A stretch of DNA of 64,000 bases from Promethearchaeota archaeon (GTDB taxonomy: Archaea; Asgardarchaeota; Heimdallarchaeia; Hodarchaeales; Hodarchaeaceae): positions 55,218 through 119,217 of the forward strand of contig JBHLMN010000005.1 in NCBI GenBank assembly GCA_048938105.1, given 5' to 3'. How positions within the stretch are numbered: position 1 is the first letter of the stretch; each line of letters begins with the position of its first letter. The position numbers were made by a program, and so were the translations under genes. The notes under the pieces are model-generated. The model had not been told where the DNA came from, ran no database searches, and saw only the letters and a program-made list of their open reading frames with translations. Below, one piece after another: positions 18,268 through 28,595 of the stretch.

Positions 18268-20811
18268 TCAAAGTTTTTTCTTATATCTCTTAATTGTACC
18301 GATAGTTATTACCGAGATGAGAATAAGTACAAAAGGAGAGTAGGAAGCATAAGCATCAGTAATTAGCGGGGGACTGTTATCGATGTAAAATTCTCCCCTT
18401 TCTTCCCTATAAGATGAAATTAAACCATGAGAACATGTAACGTTTATCATTAAATAATAATAGCCATCTATTAGGTTTGTTGTATCCCAATCATAAGAAG
18501 TAGTTGATAACTCCGAGGTGATTTCAGTCCAGTTCTGCTCATCCCAACCACCTCCAACCTGTAAATAATAGAGTGAATAAGTGACTTTATGATCTTTAGT
18601 ATCAAGGGACTCGAGCCACTGGATTGTGACAGTATGATTAATTTTGGTTTGTCCCCATTCTTCTGGATTTGTTGGATCCCAATTAGTGGGAAAGGTGATT
18701 ATTGGGCTTGTTAGATAATGAATAGAACTATAGTCGTTGCAAGGTGTTGTATGTGGATTCTCATCATAATTGTATTCCTCCTCATAACCGTATTGCACTG
18801 TCCCAACTTTTAATTTATAGTCAACAATATTATCGTTATTCTCATCTGGGAATCGATAATTATCCCAGAAATTATGATCAAACTGATAACTGGGACCATC
18901 ACAATGTGCTTGGTAGAATTTATCTTCGTAAAATTCTCCCCATAAATAGCTATTTCCAATAAAATCATTCAGGTTAATAATATTATTTTCTAGAACTAGG
19001 TTACCAGATTCAATCGAATAATGACCAGAAATACCATATTCTCTGTTATAATAAACAATATTATTAGAAATTATATTCCCAGCTGAATAACTAATGTCAA
19101 TTCCAGTTTCATTATTGTTATATATCATATTAGATGTGATTGTTGAGTCGTTTACATTATCGATACTAATCCCAAATTCATTTGAAAAAACGGAATTAGA
19201 AGTCAGGTTACACTCATTCGATCCGCTATGAAGATAGATTCCATAATCATTACCCCAATAAGATCGGTTACCATTATTAAAAATATTATTACTTACAATC
19301 GTGATATATGGAGAATTATCAATCTCTATTCCATTTCTATCGTTATTATAGATGTCACTGTTTGAAATAGTTGAATTTTGGATGTTATTAAAGTAAATTC
19401 CAAGTCCGTGGTTAAAAGAACTGTTTATATTAGTAATGGTGTAGTTATAAGGTCCAGAATACCCATAAATAATTAAACCAGAGTATTTATTGCCTGTTGT
19501 CTTTATGTTATGAATTAAGGTATGATTACAATCGTCAAGATATAATCCATTTCCATAATTATCGAAGGTAACAATGTCAGATAGAACACTATTCCCAGAA
19601 GAACGAATAGAAAGCCCACTTCCGATATTTTCAAAGCAAGTTATTTTTGAGAAAGTACTATTCCTGCATTCATCAAAGTAAATGCCATCTCCATCATTTT
19701 TAAAGCAAATAATGTTAGAGAAGGTGCTATTCCCAGAATCTGAAATATAATTTGCCTGATCTGAAGAGTATTCATATTGGTTGTTCTCAGTGCTATTAAC
19801 ATTTTCCATCACACAATTGGCACAGCTCCAAAGATAAAATCCGTCTTCCATATTATTATAGATGGTAAGATTTGATAATGTACAATATTTAGATTGTCCC
19901 ATTGCGATGCCATTTCGATCATTGTTAAAGATAATATTATTCATTATTAAATTATTTTCAGATATAATAGAATAGATTCCATAATAATTATTGTAAATAA
20001 CATTATCTGTAAAAGTGCAATTACTTGAGTCGTCAATATCTAATCCAGCCCTATATCCATTATTATATATACTATTATCGGAAATAGTGCAATTTCTTGA
20101 TTTCGAAATTGCCACTCCCTCCGAACTTGCATTACAAACTATATTAGAAATTATATGAATATTTTCTGTCTGTTCGAGTTTGATTCCCATTTCCATGCGG
20201 GTTATATTTACAAGATTTGAAGAAATAATATTGTTACTTGAATTGCTTTGAAGGACAATCCCGTAAGTATTATTAAAAATAATATTATTGTAAATATATC
20301 CGTGACTTACATTTTCGAGATAAATTCCCCTAGTACCATATTGTAATAAGCAATTGGTAATATTGAAGTAGACATCAGTATTTCTAATATCTATTAAGAT
20401 TTTAGTGGGGTCTGTAATATTTTTGTTATCAATGCTGTACGGCTTTGTTGGACTTCCATCTCCAGGAAAGGCATCAAAACCCGTATTATTGTTGATGATT
20501 ATAGGGGAGGAAATTTCGTAAGATGTTGGTGCACTGATAGAAACAACTTTAGAATATGGTCGTTTTACCAAATACGATTTAACAATTTGAACGTCTTTTT
20601 TTCCAAAAATATCTTCAGAGGAAGACTCAGGATTTTCTTCACTCTTTGCTAAATAATGATAAAATTGGTTGGGTTGAGTCGTTTGAGCGAAGTTAACAAC
20701 CCACATCCCAGAGCTAAAAACAGGAATTACAAGTTGTAGAAACAAAAGCCCCCCTATTGCAAAAAGATGAATTCTAGTGGAACATCTTCTACTTTGAGTT
20801 AAAGAATACAT
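18268..20811 (-). CDS. Cell-surface right-handed beta-helix (NosD/CASH) repeat protein with C-terminal TM anchor
   Basis: Many GIYL-x5-I-x2-N-I-x2-N repeats, GDGSPTKPYSI, an Ig/FN3-like C-domain and a TM plus basic tail. Confidence 0.85.
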   Translation of the reverse strand: MYSLTQSRRCSTRIHLFAIGGLLFLQLVIPVFSSGMWVVNFAQTTQPNQFYHYLAKSEENPESSSEDIFGKKDVQIVKSYLVKRPYSKVVSISAPTSYEISSPIIINNNTGFDAFPGDGSPTKPYSIDNKNITDPTKILIDIRNTDVYFNITNCLLQYGTRGIYLENVSHGYIYNNIIFNNTYGIVLQSNSSNNIISSNLVNITRMEMGIKLEQTENIHIISNIVCNASSEGVAISKSRNCTISDNSIYNNGYRAGLDIDDSSNCTFTDNVIYNNYYGIYSIISENNLIMNNIIFNNDRNGIAMGQSKYCTLSNLTIYNNMEDGFYLWSCANCVMENVNSTENNQYEYSSDQANYISDSGNSTFSNIICFKNDGDGIYFDECRNSTFSKITCFENIGSGLSIRSSGNSVLSDIVTFDNYGNGLYLDDCNHTLIHNIKTTGNKYSGLIIYGYSGPYNYTITNINSSFNHGLGIYFNNIQNSTISNSDIYNNDRNGIEIDNSPYITIVSNNIFNNGNRSYWGNDYGIYLHSGSNECNLTSNSVFSNEFGISIDNVNDSTITSNMIYNNNETGIDISYSAGNIISNNIVYYNREYGISGHYSIESGNLVLENNIINLNDFIGNSYLWGEFYEDKFYQAHCDGPSYQFDHNFWDNYRFPDENNDNIVDYKLKVGTVQYGYEEEYNYDENPHTTPCNDYSSIHYLTSPIITFPTNWDPTNPEEWGQTKINHTVTIQWLESLDTKDHKVTYSLYYLQVGGGWDEQNWTEITSELSTTSYDWDTTNLIDGYYYLMINVTCSHGLISSYREERGEFYIDNSPPLITDAYASYSPFVLILISVITIGTIKRYKKKL

Positions 20812-21250
20812 TAAAATCTCTTCTGTATGTCTCTTTTTCGGCTAAAAGTATTCAACCGAATACCCATCTAAACGAAGATTAAAAACTTTTTCATTATCTG
20901 ACAGAGAATCTCTATTCCAATTGCTTATTTGTCATTACACTGCTCAATTAGCTTATCTATTGAAAATGATATTTCATTTAAGTAAAAATAATAATCAAAC
21001 CTTATAGAAGTATTTTTATTAGATTTATTTGAACTATTTGTCAGTTTTCTCAAAATATTCATTTAATTTAATGAATTTCGATCTATAATAACCAAAAAGA
21101 ATTTTATTTAAGATTTCAAGAGGAATCCCCAGAAATTCTTACTCACATTTATACGGAGAAAAAATTTAAGTAACCTCTAAACAATGGTTTGACTGTTGAA
21201 AGAACCTGATAAAAAAGAACCGTATTTTCAATAAGAAGAAGTGAATTGCG

Positions 21251-22114
21251 ATGGTTTCTATTTATACCAAAGTGGGCTTGGCTTTATTTGCTTTAGGGTT
21301 TGTCATAATTATTATGACCTCTTTCCTCCATTTTCCAATACCTTTTATCGTTGGGAAATATGGTCAATCCATATCAATGGAACCTATCCCAATTAATGGT
21401 AGTTATGTTGATATCCAGATTCCTGGGAGTTATTCTCATCCATTCAGTAATATGCAGCTAACTATCAGAAATACTATCTTAGGCGAACCTGGGGCAGAAC
21501 TCTGGGGAGATGTTAAATTATTATATTCAGATCCTGGAAAAGGAATATTTGGTGAACTCCCCGCTTGGGGTGATACTAACTTTTATTTAAACGGTGAGGA
21601 TGGAGGCAGTGAGCAACAAAGAACTATATATATGTCGCTTAACCAGAAATATGCTTCAAGGAGTTTCAGTCTATATTTACGAATTAACTGTGAACCCACA
21701 GGGGGGGATCCCCAAAATGAATATACTGGTTCTCTTTATTTGGAAAAGTGTGAAATGGAAGTCATTTATACTCTTTTTGCAATGGTTCTCCCTCCAATTA
21801 CTGCACTTATTGGTTCCATAGTCTGTATTGGAGGTTTTATAATAAATTACAGGAAACTTACTGCCGGACCCAAACCAAGAGAAGTGCCAGCTGGATGGGA
21901 ACCATCTTTGAAAATGGCGACAGCATTTGAGGCCAAGGAAAAGAAAGCCCCAAAGATGGCAATAAAGCCTACTAAATCAGAAGTAAAACCTGCGAAAAAA
22001 GTAGCTAAAAAAGCTGTTCCCAAAGGGGGTCCTCAACAGGTTTGTAAATACTGTGGTAAAAATGTTCCCGCCTCTGCTTTTTTCTGTCCACACTGTTATG
22101 GTAAATTACGTTAA
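21251..22114 (+). CDS. Two-TM membrane protein with C-terminal zinc ribbon
   Basis: N- and C-proximal TM helices, a Lys-rich linker and CKYC...CPHC. Confidence 0.75.
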   Translation: MVSIYTKVGLALFALGFVIIIMTSFLHFPIPFIVGKYGQSISMEPIPINGSYVDIQIPGSYSHPFSNMQLTIRNTILGEPGAELWGDVKLLYSDPGKGIFGELPAWGDTNFYLNGEDGGSEQQRTIYMSLNQKYASRSFSLYLRINCEPTGGDPQNEYTGSLYLEKCEMEVIYTLFAMVLPPITALIGSIVCIGGFIINYRKLTAGPKPREVPAGWEPSLKMATAFEAKEKKAPKMAIKPTKSEVKPAKKVAKKAVPKGGPQQVCKYCGKNVPASAFFCPHCYGKLR

Positions 22115-22194
22115 CAGTCTTAAATTCAAAGGAATCGAAGTTTTTATAGACTTATTATAAGGTTATTATAGACATTTATCATCCTGGTGATTTA

Positions 22195-23016
22195 TTGGGG
22201 TGCACAACAGGCGCGAAATTCTTTAATGACGGTCAGACTTTGGTTGTGTTTAAAAATAAGGACTTTAAAGTTAAAAGTCATATCGATGAGCTTTCCTTTG
22301 ACCATTCCCAAGCATTTGGCGTACGGGGCGTGAATCTTCGTAATAAAACTGCAGCTGGATTTTCGATTGGAGTCAATCAACATGGTCTTGTGGCTGTGAA
22401 TTCAAACATATTAGCTACTTCAGATTCCCCTTATGATTTGATAACTGAACGTATTGTTTTGGAAGCCAAGACTGTTGATGAAGCAATTGAAATCTGTGAA
22501 CAGGAAGTTAAACGTAGGATAGATTATCAATGGTGTAATATGGTTGTAGCAACTCCAGAACAGCTAGTTGCTATTGAACTTACATCATCAGAGTTAGCTA
22601 CTACGCAATCACATGATTATTTGGTTCGGACGAATCATCACTTAATTCTGAAGACCAATGAAGCTATAATAGAAGCTGATCCAGATAAAGAAAAACAAAA
22701 TATCGAACATAGTGAAATTCGTTTCATTAATACAGATAGAATTCTCAAATTTGCTTCTAATGTCGAAGACATCTTTTCTCTTTTGAAATCTCACAAGGAA
22801 GCTGCTATATGTCGTCATGGACAATCCTCCAGTCAAGATCTATCATATACAACCGTTTACAGCTATCTGATTGTTATCAATATCGAGAAAAGTCCTAAAA
22901 TAGTGTTTAATGTCGCAAAAGGACCTCCTTGTCAACATACCTTTATTAGATTTAATCTGGAATTTCCATTAACAAATGAGAAAACCGAACGAATCAAGCA
23001 AGATTACCCTTTCTAA
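22195..23016 (+). CDS. Ntn-hydrolase (peptidase C45/C69-like, N-terminal Cys)
   Basis: MGCTT, KNKD, GVNQHGL, RTNH and ICRH. Confidence 0.75.
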   Translation: MGCTTGAKFFNDGQTLVVFKNKDFKVKSHIDELSFDHSQAFGVRGVNLRNKTAAGFSIGVNQHGLVAVNSNILATSDSPYDLITERIVLEAKTVDEAIEICEQEVKRRIDYQWCNMVVATPEQLVAIELTSSELATTQSHDYLVRTNHHLILKTNEAIIEADPDKEKQNIEHSEIRFINTDRILKFASNVEDIFSLLKSHKEAAICRHGQSSSQDLSYTTVYSYLIVINIEKSPKIVFNVAKGPPCQHTFIRFNLEFPLTNEKTERIKQDYPF

Positions 23017-23046
23017 GAATAATATTATCAATTTCTTTAGGATCTG

Positions 23047-24474
23047 TTAATCATAGGCTGGGGGCCATTTATCATAATGAAAAATCCGTCCCCGTCCTTT
23101 ATCAACTCTTTCAAAACCATGTGCTCCAAAATAATCCCTCTGAGCCTGAATTAAATTAGCGGGTAATGAAGGATTTCTATAACTATCATAATAAGACAGA
23201 GCTGACGATAAGGCCGGTACAGCTATTCCATTCCGCACAGCAAGTGAAACAATATATCTCCAATCTTTTTGATTATTTTTAATGATATTAGTAAAATAAG
23301 GCTCTAAGAGAAGATTATCAAGATCTTCATTTCGTTGAAAAGCACTTTCGATTTGTTTTAAGAAGTGAGTACGTATAATACAACCTTTACGCCATATATG
23401 AGCGATGTTTCTAAGGTTTAGTTGCCATTTGTATTCTTCTGAGGCTGCTTGAAGTAGTGAAAAACCTTGTGCATAAGAGCAAATCTTGGCAGCAAACAGG
23501 GCTTTACGTGCTGCTTCCATTAATAAGCTATTCTCTCTTGAAAATTGAGGAATCGGACCTTCCAATAGTTTGGAAGCTTTAACTCTCACATCTTTTTTGG
23601 ATGAAATATTCCTTGCATATACAGCTTCTGTAATACTTGGTATAGGTATCCCAATCTCTAATGCTTCTTGACTAGCCCACTTTCCAGTCCCTTTTTGTTT
23701 TGCTGTATCTAATATGACATCAATCAATGGTTTTCCTGTTTCAGGATCCTTCTCTGCAAGGATTTTACTAGTAATTTGGATTAAGTAAGAATTGAGATCC
23801 CCCTTATTCCATTCAGCAAATATTTTTGCTAATTCAGATGGTTTTATATCAAGAAGTTTCTTTAGGATAAAATATACCTCTGAAATTAATTGCATATCAG
23901 AGTATTCAATACCATTATGAACCATTTTAACATAGTGACCTGCTCCATCAGAACCAATGTAACAACAACATGGGTCTCCATTAATTTTTGCTGAAATTTT
24001 CTGAAATAGTTTCTCTACTTGTTGCCAGGCCCTTTTTGATCCTCCAGGCATTATTGAAGGTCCTTTTAAAGCTCCCTCCTCACCTCCAGAAATACCCACT
24101 CCTAGATAATGAATTCCTTCATTTATAAGTTTTTCAGATCTCCGTATTGTATCCTTAAAAAAGGAATTACCCCCATCAATGATTACATCTCCAGATTTTA
24201 AAAATGGGAGGAGCCTTGAAATTAATTCATCGACTGGCTTACCTTCTTTTATCATTAATAAGATGATTCGAGGTTGTTTTAAGGTGTTACAAAGGTTTTT
24301 TAAGTTATAACATCCAATTATATTCTTCTGAAGCCCTTTTTTGTTAATAAATTCGTCAATTCTCTTTGTAGTCCTATTGTATATCGCAATAGTATACCCA
24401 TTTCTTTCCATGTTCAAAACTAAATTTTGACCCATTACAGCGAGTCCAATAACACCGATATCCGCTTTTACCAT
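23047..24474 (-). CDS. gnd: 6-phosphogluconate dehydrogenase, decarboxylating (long GndA type)
   Basis: GLAVMG, YNRT, IDGGN, SGGEEGA, KMVHNGIEY, QKGTGKW and QAQRDYFGAH. Confidence 0.97.
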   Translation of the reverse strand: MVKADIGVIGLAVMGQNLVLNMERNGYTIAIYNRTTKRIDEFINKKGLQKNIIGCYNLKNLCNTLKQPRIILLMIKEGKPVDELISRLLPFLKSGDVIIDGGNSFFKDTIRRSEKLINEGIHYLGVGISGGEEGALKGPSIMPGGSKRAWQQVEKLFQKISAKINGDPCCCYIGSDGAGHYVKMVHNGIEYSDMQLISEVYFILKKLLDIKPSELAKIFAEWNKGDLNSYLIQITSKILAEKDPETGKPLIDVILDTAKQKGTGKWASQEALEIGIPIPSITEAVYARNISSKKDVRVKASKLLEGPIPQFSRENSLLMEAARKALFAAKICSYAQGFSLLQAASEEYKWQLNLRNIAHIWRKGCIIRTHFLKQIESAFQRNEDLDNLLLEPYFTNIIKNNQKDWRYIVSLAVRNGIAVPALSSALSYYDSYRNPSLPANLIQAQRDYFGAHGFERVDKGRGRIFHYDKWPPAYD

Positions 24475-24480
24475 AGTATT

Positions 24481-25764
24481 TCACATTTGCATGAATTTTT
24501 CTTCAACAGTCCATAATCCCATTGCTGGATTCCGGATGAAAAATATTTCTTCCTTGTCAGGAAGTCGGTTAAATCCTTCAATCAATTTAGTTGGGTTATA
24601 AACATTTAAAGCTTCAAAAAGATCGGAGTATTGATAGTTTATACCTTCAATTTCGTTCTTTTTGATGTGTCCAGGGCAATAAGTAATGTTAAATCTATTC
24701 TCTGAAGATCCATGTATTAAATGAGCAGCTGCTGAAAGATTTTGTTGTAAATCTTCATTTTTCTTTACTGCAGCTATAATTTCTGTGCTTGTACGGTATC
24801 CATAGCGTCTAATTATTTGATCTATTGTGTCATCTTCACCGAATTGTTTCAACCCAGGAGCGAGGATGATAAGATCACCATTATCTTCTAACGCCATTCT
24901 TGTTCGATAAATTGCCTTATTGCCTAACCAAGTACTTTTAAATTCCTTCGGGTCAAGATAAACTACAATTTTACTTATTGGGTCTTTTAAAAAGGTTAAA
25001 TTAATCTTTTGACTTAATTTTGCTGCCTTTTCGAAAGAACGATTGTCATTACTTGTATATAATCCCTTTAAATTCACATTCCCAGAGTTATTTGCACTTA
25101 CAACAGTCAGAATATACAATAATGGAATTTCCTTCAGAAAAATTGATTCTGCATATGTAAAAAGGTGTCTGACTGGATTATCTGTCTTCCCTATCAATCG
25201 TTCCATACCATAACAGGCGCTTAAAAAATGACTTTTATTGATCATGTCTCTTCCCCCAACTCCTACTAGAACATTTTTATTTCCATTTGCCATTCCTGCT
25301 ACTTCGTGAGGTACAACCTGACCAATTGAGATAATTAAATCGTAATTCTCTTTTACAAATTCTTTATTAATTTCAACATTAATTGAATAATTTAGTTTAT
25401 CTTCCGATAGCTCTTTAATAAATTCAGAGGGTATTGTACCAACTTTCACCACTTCATTACGCCAATCATGGACAATAAAATGCTTTTTAGGAATTTTGCC
25501 AAACATTACTGAAATTTCTTCATCACTTAACGGTGAATGAGTACCCAAAGCTGGTAAGATTTTCTTTTGGCAGTCCTCATTAATCAGCTCGAAAAGAATT
25601 TGGGTTATTTCTCCTCCATTTGAATGAAAGCGTGTGAAATCAGGTGGGATAAAAAGAACTTTCTTTAAAGAGTCATCAAATTCATTTACTATTTCTTCTA
25701 AGAAGTCTCTCTTCTGATTGTACGTAATTTGATTATCTACTTGTTCTAAGCTCTTAAAAATGAT
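24481..25764 (-). CDS. LarA/DUF2088-family (lactate racemase-like) epimerase, candidate D-mannonate/D-gluconate epimerase; non-canonical start
   Basis: The frame continues 72 codons upstream of the called TTG through KKVLFIPPDFTRFHS. Also ALGTH, VVPHEVAG and HLIHGSS. Start inferred at ATC 25764 or a neighbouring ATT. Confidence 0.8.
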   Translation of the reverse strand: MIFKSLEQVDNQITYNQKRDFLEEIVNEFDDSLKKVLFIPPDFTRFHSNGGEITQILFELINEDCQKKILPALGTHSPLSDEEISVMFGKIPKKHFIVHDWRNEVVKVGTIPSEFIKELSEDKLNYSINVEINKEFVKENYDLIISIGQVVPHEVAGMANGNKNVLVGVGGRDMINKSHFLSACYGMERLIGKTDNPVRHLFTYAESIFLKEIPLLYILTVVSANNSGNVNLKGLYTSNDNRSFEKAAKLSQKINLTFLKDPISKIVVYLDPKEFKSTWLGNKAIYRTRMALEDNGDLIILAPGLKQFGEDDTIDQIIRRYGYRTSTEIIAAVKKNEDLQQNLSAAAHLIHGSSENRFNITYCPGHIKKNEIEGINYQYSDLFEALNVYNPTKLIEGFNRLPDKEEIFFIRNPAMGLWTVEEKFMQM

Positions 25765-25793
25765 CTTCGCCTCAATAAATTAGCTGAATTACC

Positions 25794-27356
25794 CTATCGG
25801 TTAATTTCTTCTTCGGAATGGATAATCTGATAACTATTTGGTGCGTTATAAACTTTCATGTATCTACCATAGAGAAAAGAGAGACAAGTCTGTATATCAC
25901 TGTCTTCTGGTAAAATTAAGTCTTGTAAAGATACTTTCGGTATCCGTTCTATTTCATTAATGTAGGTTAAAGCTCTCATACCCGTTGCCCATGCTATCGA
26001 TTGTTCAGTTTCCATAACAACGATTTTTTTATTTACTGATAAGGCCAGGAATTGAAGGAATAATCGTGATTTCTGAGCAATTAGACCTGTAAGTCGAATC
26101 TCTCGATAATCATCTGGAGGATCGAGAACTTCTAGATTGTGTTTATACATATTCACAATACCAATTAAAAGTGAAAGATAAAGATCAACACAGGAGAAAT
26201 AAGTTTTCTGGAATATGAAGCCTCCTTTTATCTTTCCTCTTCCATTAGGTCCTCTTGGCTCCCCCTCAATATATGGAAAGTACAATGGAAGTTTCAAGAT
26301 ATATGATTTAGAACCTTCATCCTTAAGTTTGTTTTTTGCTTCACTTTCTAATTTCTCAATATTCAATTGGTTCTCTTCAGTTAAATAATTTTTAAACGTT
26401 TTATTGAAATTATTAGCAAGCCAAGTGAAAGAAGTGCCCACATTGTTAAACGGAATTAATTCAACCCACGTCCCTTCATCAATTTGACAACATTGAATAA
26501 GTCGACTGTTATATTCCTTTTTGGGTGTTTTTCTCAGTCTTCGTAGTGCGCCTGTTGAACTGGCTGAACCAACAATAATGTCTTCACTTTCCACTCCAGT
26601 GGCCCAAAAAGCATCGATGCCATCTATTGCTCCTGTAATCACACGAGTATCTCTAAGCGTAGGTGAGACTTCTTTAAGCAGATTCTTGATAGGAAATGTT
26701 GTACCTAAAGGAATAATTTTTGGTAAAGTTGAGGGATTCAGTCCTATTATTCGTAGAAGATTCATATCCCAATCACTATTTATTAATGAATATAAACCAG
26801 TGTAAGAAGCATTAGGAACGGTAGAAAATATCTTTTCTAATGGAAGATCAGTCATTTTCCAAGTAATGTAATCATTAATAGTCGTAATCTTAAAACAAGA
26901 TTTTAATAGGCTTTCCTCCTTAATTTTTAGCAATTGAACATAAGGTAACGTCCCACTGAATAAACTTCCGGTTCGTTTTTGAAAATCTCTAGGCAAATAC
27001 TTTACATAATCCTGTGCGCCTTGATACGCATAAGTAAAGGCTTTTGTTAATGGTTGAGCATCTTTGGATAGCAATACAAGTGAAGGGCCAATAGATGAAA
27101 TTGAAAGTGTTAAGATTCGTATTTTGAGTACATCACGTAATAAAAGAATAAGCTGGTTTTCTATTGTTTCTTCAAGATTGGTAACATCTATTCTCATTTC
27201 TTCATCCCAAATGCGACAGCCCTGCTCTTTAAGGGTGGTATAGGTAATTATTCGTTCATTTAACTTGCTTCCCATAGTATTAAGAAGTAATACTCGTATT
27301 CCAGAACTACCAAGATCAATACCTATGGTATAACCAGAGGTTTCTGAAGATGTCAT
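25794..27356 (-). CDS. FGGY carbohydrate kinase (gluconokinase/xylulokinase-like)
   Basis: IGIDLGSSGIR, NASYTGL and PYIEGEPRGP. Start trimmed to ATG 27356 because the longer ORF overlaps the divergent gene. Confidence 0.8.
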   Translation of the reverse strand: MTSSETSGYTIGIDLGSSGIRVLLLNTMGSKLNERIITYTTLKEQGCRIWDEEMRIDVTNLEETIENQLILLLRDVLKIRILTLSISSIGPSLVLLSKDAQPLTKAFTYAYQGAQDYVKYLPRDFQKRTGSLFSGTLPYVQLLKIKEESLLKSCFKITTINDYITWKMTDLPLEKIFSTVPNASYTGLYSLINSDWDMNLLRIIGLNPSTLPKIIPLGTTFPIKNLLKEVSPTLRDTRVITGAIDGIDAFWATGVESEDIIVGSASSTGALRRLRKTPKKEYNSRLIQCCQIDEGTWVELIPFNNVGTSFTWLANNFNKTFKNYLTEENQLNIEKLESEAKNKLKDEGSKSYILKLPLYFPYIEGEPRGPNGRGKIKGGFIFQKTYFSCVDLYLSLLIGIVNMYKHNLEVLDPPDDYREIRLTGLIAQKSRLFLQFLALSVNKKIVVMETEQSIAWATGMRALTYINEIERIPKVSLQDLILPEDSDIQTCLSFLYGRYMKVYNAPNSYQIIHSEEEINR

Positions 27357-27445
27357 TCTTTTATTCACATGTAACCTTTTTGAATCCAAATAAAGCACAA
27401 TATTAAAAATCATCATACTGATGGAAAAGTTCTTGTGAGTTAAGA

Positions 27446-28462
27446 ATGGTGTGGAGTTCACGAGAAAGAGTGATGGCTGCCTTTAAACATCAAGAAGCAG
27501 ATCGTGTACCACTTTTTGAAGCTTGGATTGAATCATCAATAGTTGAGGCTTTAACTATAGATGGGGATTCTTATGTTGCTCGTGAAAGACTTGGCCTTGA
27601 TTGTATGCCAATTGGATCATCACATCCAAAGAATACCAAGACATACGGCGATGGAATAGATGAATGGGGTCGTATGTTTAGAAGTGGTCATTATTATGGA
27701 GGAGTGGTGGATTCTGAGGAAAGCTTAGAGAAATATACTGCTCCCACTTCCCACGCAGAAGATTGGTTTCCCTCAGATATGGTTAATACAATTAAACGAA
27801 AATACGCTGAAAATTATGCCTTTTTCTTCGCGTGGCATGATTGCTCTCTAGGATTAGCTTATATGAGTATGGGAATTGAAAATTTCTTTATTTCATTATA
27901 CGATAAACCTGAATTAGTAAAAGCAGTAATTGAGAGGAGTACTGAATGGACAATAGCGTTAGTTGATCAAGCTAACCAAGCTGAAGTCGATTTCATTATT
28001 CTCGGAGATGATGCTGCAGAAAACTCACGACCAATGATATCACCTGATCTATTTCGTAAATTAATCTTTCCTGAATATAAAAAAATCATAAGAGCATCCG
28101 ATGTTCCAATAATTTGGCACAGTGATGGTCATATTACTTCACTTCTCCCAATGATCATTGAAGCTGGTTTCGAGGGAGTACATTCGTTAGAATCAAAAGC
28201 AAACATTGATCTGGCTGAAATTAAAAAGAAATACGGTGATAAACTCGTTTTAGCAGGAAACTTAGATACTACAAATGTGCTTTGTCAAGGAAATCTGAAT
28301 CTTGTTAGAAAAGATGTGGAACGCTGTATAAGACAAGGCGCCCCAGGAGGTGGGTATTTATTCTCATCTAGTAACAGCTTATTTGAGGGCCATAATATCA
28401 AAGCCATTTTGGAGGCTTATCGCTATGCGAAGGAAATTGGAGTTTACCCAATTAGTCTCTAA
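27446..28462 (+). CDS. Uroporphyrinogen decarboxylase / MtaA-like family protein
   Basis: SRERV-x6-EADRVP, DEWG, GDD, HSDG, GNLD and GGGY. Confidence 0.85.
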   Translation: MVWSSRERVMAAFKHQEADRVPLFEAWIESSIVEALTIDGDSYVARERLGLDCMPIGSSHPKNTKTYGDGIDEWGRMFRSGHYYGGVVDSEESLEKYTAPTSHAEDWFPSDMVNTIKRKYAENYAFFFAWHDCSLGLAYMSMGIENFFISLYDKPELVKAVIERSTEWTIALVDQANQAEVDFIILGDDAAENSRPMISPDLFRKLIFPEYKKIIRASDVPIIWHSDGHITSLLPMIIEAGFEGVHSLESKANIDLAEIKKKYGDKLVLAGNLDTTNVLCQGNLNLVRKDVERCIRQGAPGGGYLFSSSNSLFEGHNIKAILEAYRYAKEIGVYPISL

Positions 28463-28595
28463 AATTCAAGCTGTTTAGGTTCCTCGAATATCCTTTAATT
28501 TTTCAAGAATTTGGGGGAAATTTCAATAGAAAGAGTGCTTTAATCAAAATAGACTAGTTCGTATGATTTTCACAAATATAGTTTCATTTAAATTC

